Shown piece by piece: positions 61,258-64,000 of a DNA stretch of 64,000 nucleotides (its first letter is position 1; every line of letters begins with the position of its first letter). A program made the position numbers and the translations under genes. The notes beneath the pieces were generated by a model. That model did no database searches. It saw nothing but the letters and a program-made list of their open reading frames with translations, and was not told the origin of the DNA. The DNA lies in the NCBI GenBank assembly GCA_010909165.1, contig VJWM01000178.1:186001-250000 (forward strand), read 5' to 3'. This stretch comes from Anthoceros angustus (lineage: Eukaryota > Plantae > Anthocerotophyta).

Positions 61258-62579
61258 ATGGCGTCGGGGAGGAGCATCCGGGTGCTGCTCATGGGAGGCG
61301 ACAGCATGCTGGGCCGCGCCGTGCAGCTGTCGGCCTTCCACCGCACGCCGGGCGAGGAGGCAGTGAAGGATTCGATGCCGGCATGGCACTACCTCGACAT
61401 CAGCCTGCACCCGAGCGACCCGGCCACGGATCTGCCGCTCTCCACCATCCGCGAGCTGAACAAAGACGGGCGATACCTGTGGGGCGACTACCTCAACCTG
61501 CGCATCTCCCCGCCCCCGCAGCTCCGCCTGCTCAACCTGGAAACCTCTGTCACCGACTCCATCGCCAACCCGGACGTCCCGTCATACAAGGGCATCACGT
61601 ACCACCTGAACCCGGCCAACCTCCGCGCCCTCCTCCGCGCCTTCGCCAGCGAGCGCCACGGCACAGCCACCTCCGACATCCCCTACGCCCTCGTCTTCTC
61701 CAACAACCACGCCATGGACTTCGGGCGCCGGGCGTTCCAGGAGGAGTCGCTCCCCGGCCATGGCGGGCGGCCTCCCGGGGCCGCGGCGCCCTGGTGGGCG
61801 CGGGGCCCGACCTGGCCTCCGCGTCCCGCCCCGCCGTCTTCCCTCCCGGGGCCGCGGTGCGCGTCCTGGCCGTCACGACCCAGTGCGCGGCACGCCCCGG
61901 ACTGGGCCGCCGGGCCCTCGCGCGCGGGGCCTGCTGGTGCTCCCCGCTCCGCTCCCCGGGCGAGGTGGAGCGGGCCTTCGAGGCCATCCGCGCCGCGCTG
62001 GGCGACAGGGCGGAGCAGCAAGGGCGGGCGAGCATCACCATCGCCGTGACCGTGCTGTCCATCCACTGGGGACCCAACTGGGCGGCTCCCCCGGGCGACG
62101 GGCAGCCGTTCCGGCGGGAGCTGGCGCACCGGCTGCTGGACGCCGGGGTGGTGGACATGGTGTACGGCCACTCCTCGCACCATGTGCGGGGGCTGGAGCT
62201 GTACCGCGGCAAGCTCATCGTGTACGGCGCCGGGGACCTGGTGAACGACTACGAGGGCTTCCAGAACCCCGGGGAGGAGCAGTACGTGCGCCTGGGCGCG
62301 CTCATGCTGCTGGACCTGGACGCGGACTCGGCCCAGCTCCTGGCGCTCCGGCTGGTGCCCATGTTGGTGGATCGCCTCCGCCTGCGCCGGCTCTTGCCGG
62401 AGTCGCGCTTCTGGCGTCCGCTTCTGCATCGGTCGGAGGCGGCGCCCGGTGCGCTTCACGATTTCCACCGCTTCCTCGACGCCATGTCGCTGGCCGACGC
62501 CGGCAAGCACGCGCTGCCGCTGCGCGTCGTGGAGCACCACCCGGGCCTTCCAGGAGGGCCGATCCTCGTCTATCCCTGA
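61258..62579 (+). CDS. CapA / PGA_cap (poly-gamma-glutamate synthesis-like metallophosphoesterase) family protein; intronless, very GC-rich, several apparent frameshifts at 61750-61950
   Basis: GGDSMLGR, YLWGD, LLNLETSVT, YHLNPAN, SNNHAMDFG in one frame. LVGAG, VLSIHWGPNW, LAHRLLDAGVVDMVYGHSSHHVRGLELYRGKLIVYGAGDLVNDYEG in a second frame. These are the CapA motif set. Confidence 0.88.
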
Positions 62580-63549
62580 CCAGTGTAGTGTAGTGTAGTA
62601 TACACTAGGTACATACCTAAGTGCGGGAAGTTTGTTTCCCACAAAGTTTAGGCAAGATAAATTTTGAGCTATTATAGATCTTTGAAATCGTAGTGCAATT
62701 ACAGCAACATTGAAAAATACCCTCCGCTGCGGATCCTCCGACTTGCCGGCTTCGAGCCAACGACCTCAGGATGCTATTCTTCAATACAATCCTCCGCTCT
62801 ACAACAAAAACTTCATGCGCTGAGCAAAGGTTCCATGGATCATGTGATCGAGTTTGTGCTTTCCACTGTATCCATACATAGATATTATACATAAATTCTT
62901 ATGTTATAAAGCTTTACTTTGGAGGTGAGCTCTTCTAGGGATTGCGTTCAAACCTTAAATTCTTCCAAGCTTTTAGAATAATAGGATTGGCATGACGGTA
63001 TCGAAAATGGACCTTTGACCTCTTGTAGATTGGCTCACCATCGAATTTCCGTTGTCTCGCCCCAGGGTAGGGGAGGCCTGGTGTCACATGGAGTAATAGC
63101 ATTTCCCGACCCGTGTCGCAACCTGCAAGGGGGATTGTTCTACCTGGACATGCCCGACAAATGCTGAAGCCATACTAGCTGCTATGATAACGTTAAGAGT
63201 ATTCGTAGCAAATGCATGTCGTTAGCGACAAACCGACTTAGACTTGAATGAATCGAACTCACGTAGCTATTGGGATAAGGATGGATCAAACTCGGGAAGC
63301 AACTGGGACCTTGAAGAGCTTCACAACAGACATGCCATCAAAGACCAAGAGTAATCGAGGATAAATGACACCCAATCCTATTAATGATCCAACAAGGGAT
63401 TGCTTAACTATGGAGTTCCAATAAAGGGTCTTGAAGAGCTTCACAAAAATCATCTGGGTGGTAAGTCATATGCTCCAACATCAGGGGACTTTTTGTGATG
63501 CTCGTCGGGACAATGGTCCCAAGAATCTCCTCTTAGTCTACTGTGAAGT

Positions 63550-64000
63550 AAAGTGGCAATCTCATAGGGGTTTGGGGCAATCGGAGGCTCTCCGTCACAA
63601 AGCTGTGCTCAATGAGTGCTCCTTTAGCCCTGTTTTTCAGCTGTCTCCCCGGGTCCTGTCCGCTACCCTCCCCTTTCACGTTCGTCCTGCTCCAGCAAGG
63701 GGAGCATTTAATGTTCTCCTTTCAAAATGACTTGGTATTGTTGGCAGGTGGTTGTGAGTCCGTCGATTAATGATTTGTCTCGGAAGATGGACCCTAAGGG
63801 ATTAGTGTAGCGGACCGAGTTATGCATAATCCTTCCCAATCTGTGTGTGCTGAGTTTTTAATTATGTACCATATGCAGCACCGACGACTTTTGATGATGT
63901 TCAAGGAGTTTCAATGTCGTGTTCACCGTTGTCTTGGCCGAGATGAGAAGTTCATAACTGTTGACTTGGTGTCGGTGGGGGGCAAGAAAAGGGCAATCCA
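63550..64000 (-). mobile_element. Degenerate non-LTR (LINE-like) reverse-transcriptase C-terminal fragment
   Basis: Minus strand TKSTVMNFS...DWEG...NPLGSIFRDKS...YQVILKGEH*/CSPCWS resembles the LINE RT thumb (LGxIxR...Y...LEYCSxxWS). Many stops. Confidence 0.35.

Noticed and set aside
61035-62642. 514-aa ORF taken at face value, plus overlapping 281-, 277- and 319-aa ORFs
   Set aside because: These are frame pieces and antisense shadows of one frameshifted CapA gene; the first ~240 aa of the 514-aa ORF are off-frame.

Overview
Gene-dense nuclear DNA from a non-seed land plant, most likely a hornwort. That is inferred from short ~70-150 bp GT-AG introns, intergenic gaps of a few hundred bp, and PLS-class PPR genes including a 'SWW' PG-box variant. 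Recognisable genes in order: DUF538, COQ3, CNX1, VID27/CYPRO4-like, chloroplast lipocalin CHL, a RING-H2 (ATL-type) ligase, DUF599, LSF1, CGL160, RIO2, PAR1, a conserved unknown membrane protein, a PLS-E+ PPR, DUF1824, FLU, TASH3, a second PLS-E+ PPR, RABD/RAB1 and a CapA/PGA_cap-family gene. Accessory stretches (about 11-17.5 kb, 20 kb, 54.5-57.7 kb and 63-64 kb) hold PPR fossils, retroelement debris and tandem repeats. The most interesting signals are: (i) an intact, intronless orphan gene (11959-12702) encoding an organelle-transit-peptide-like N-terminus, a coiled coil and a HEPN-like RxxxE...YxxLSxxxH domain, flanked by tandem-repeat blocks; (ii) a bacterial-type CapA gene (candidate horizontal transfer) with clustered homopolymer frameshifts; (iii) a duplicated copy of the COQ3/CNX1 bidirectional promoter that appears to supply the DUF538 gene with its first exon and splice donor; (iv) a WW-type PPR whose L motifs carry a repeated 16-aa insertion; (v) a Gypsy integrase scrambled into an inverted-repeat structure. 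All family assignments come from motif recognition by eye; no database search was run.
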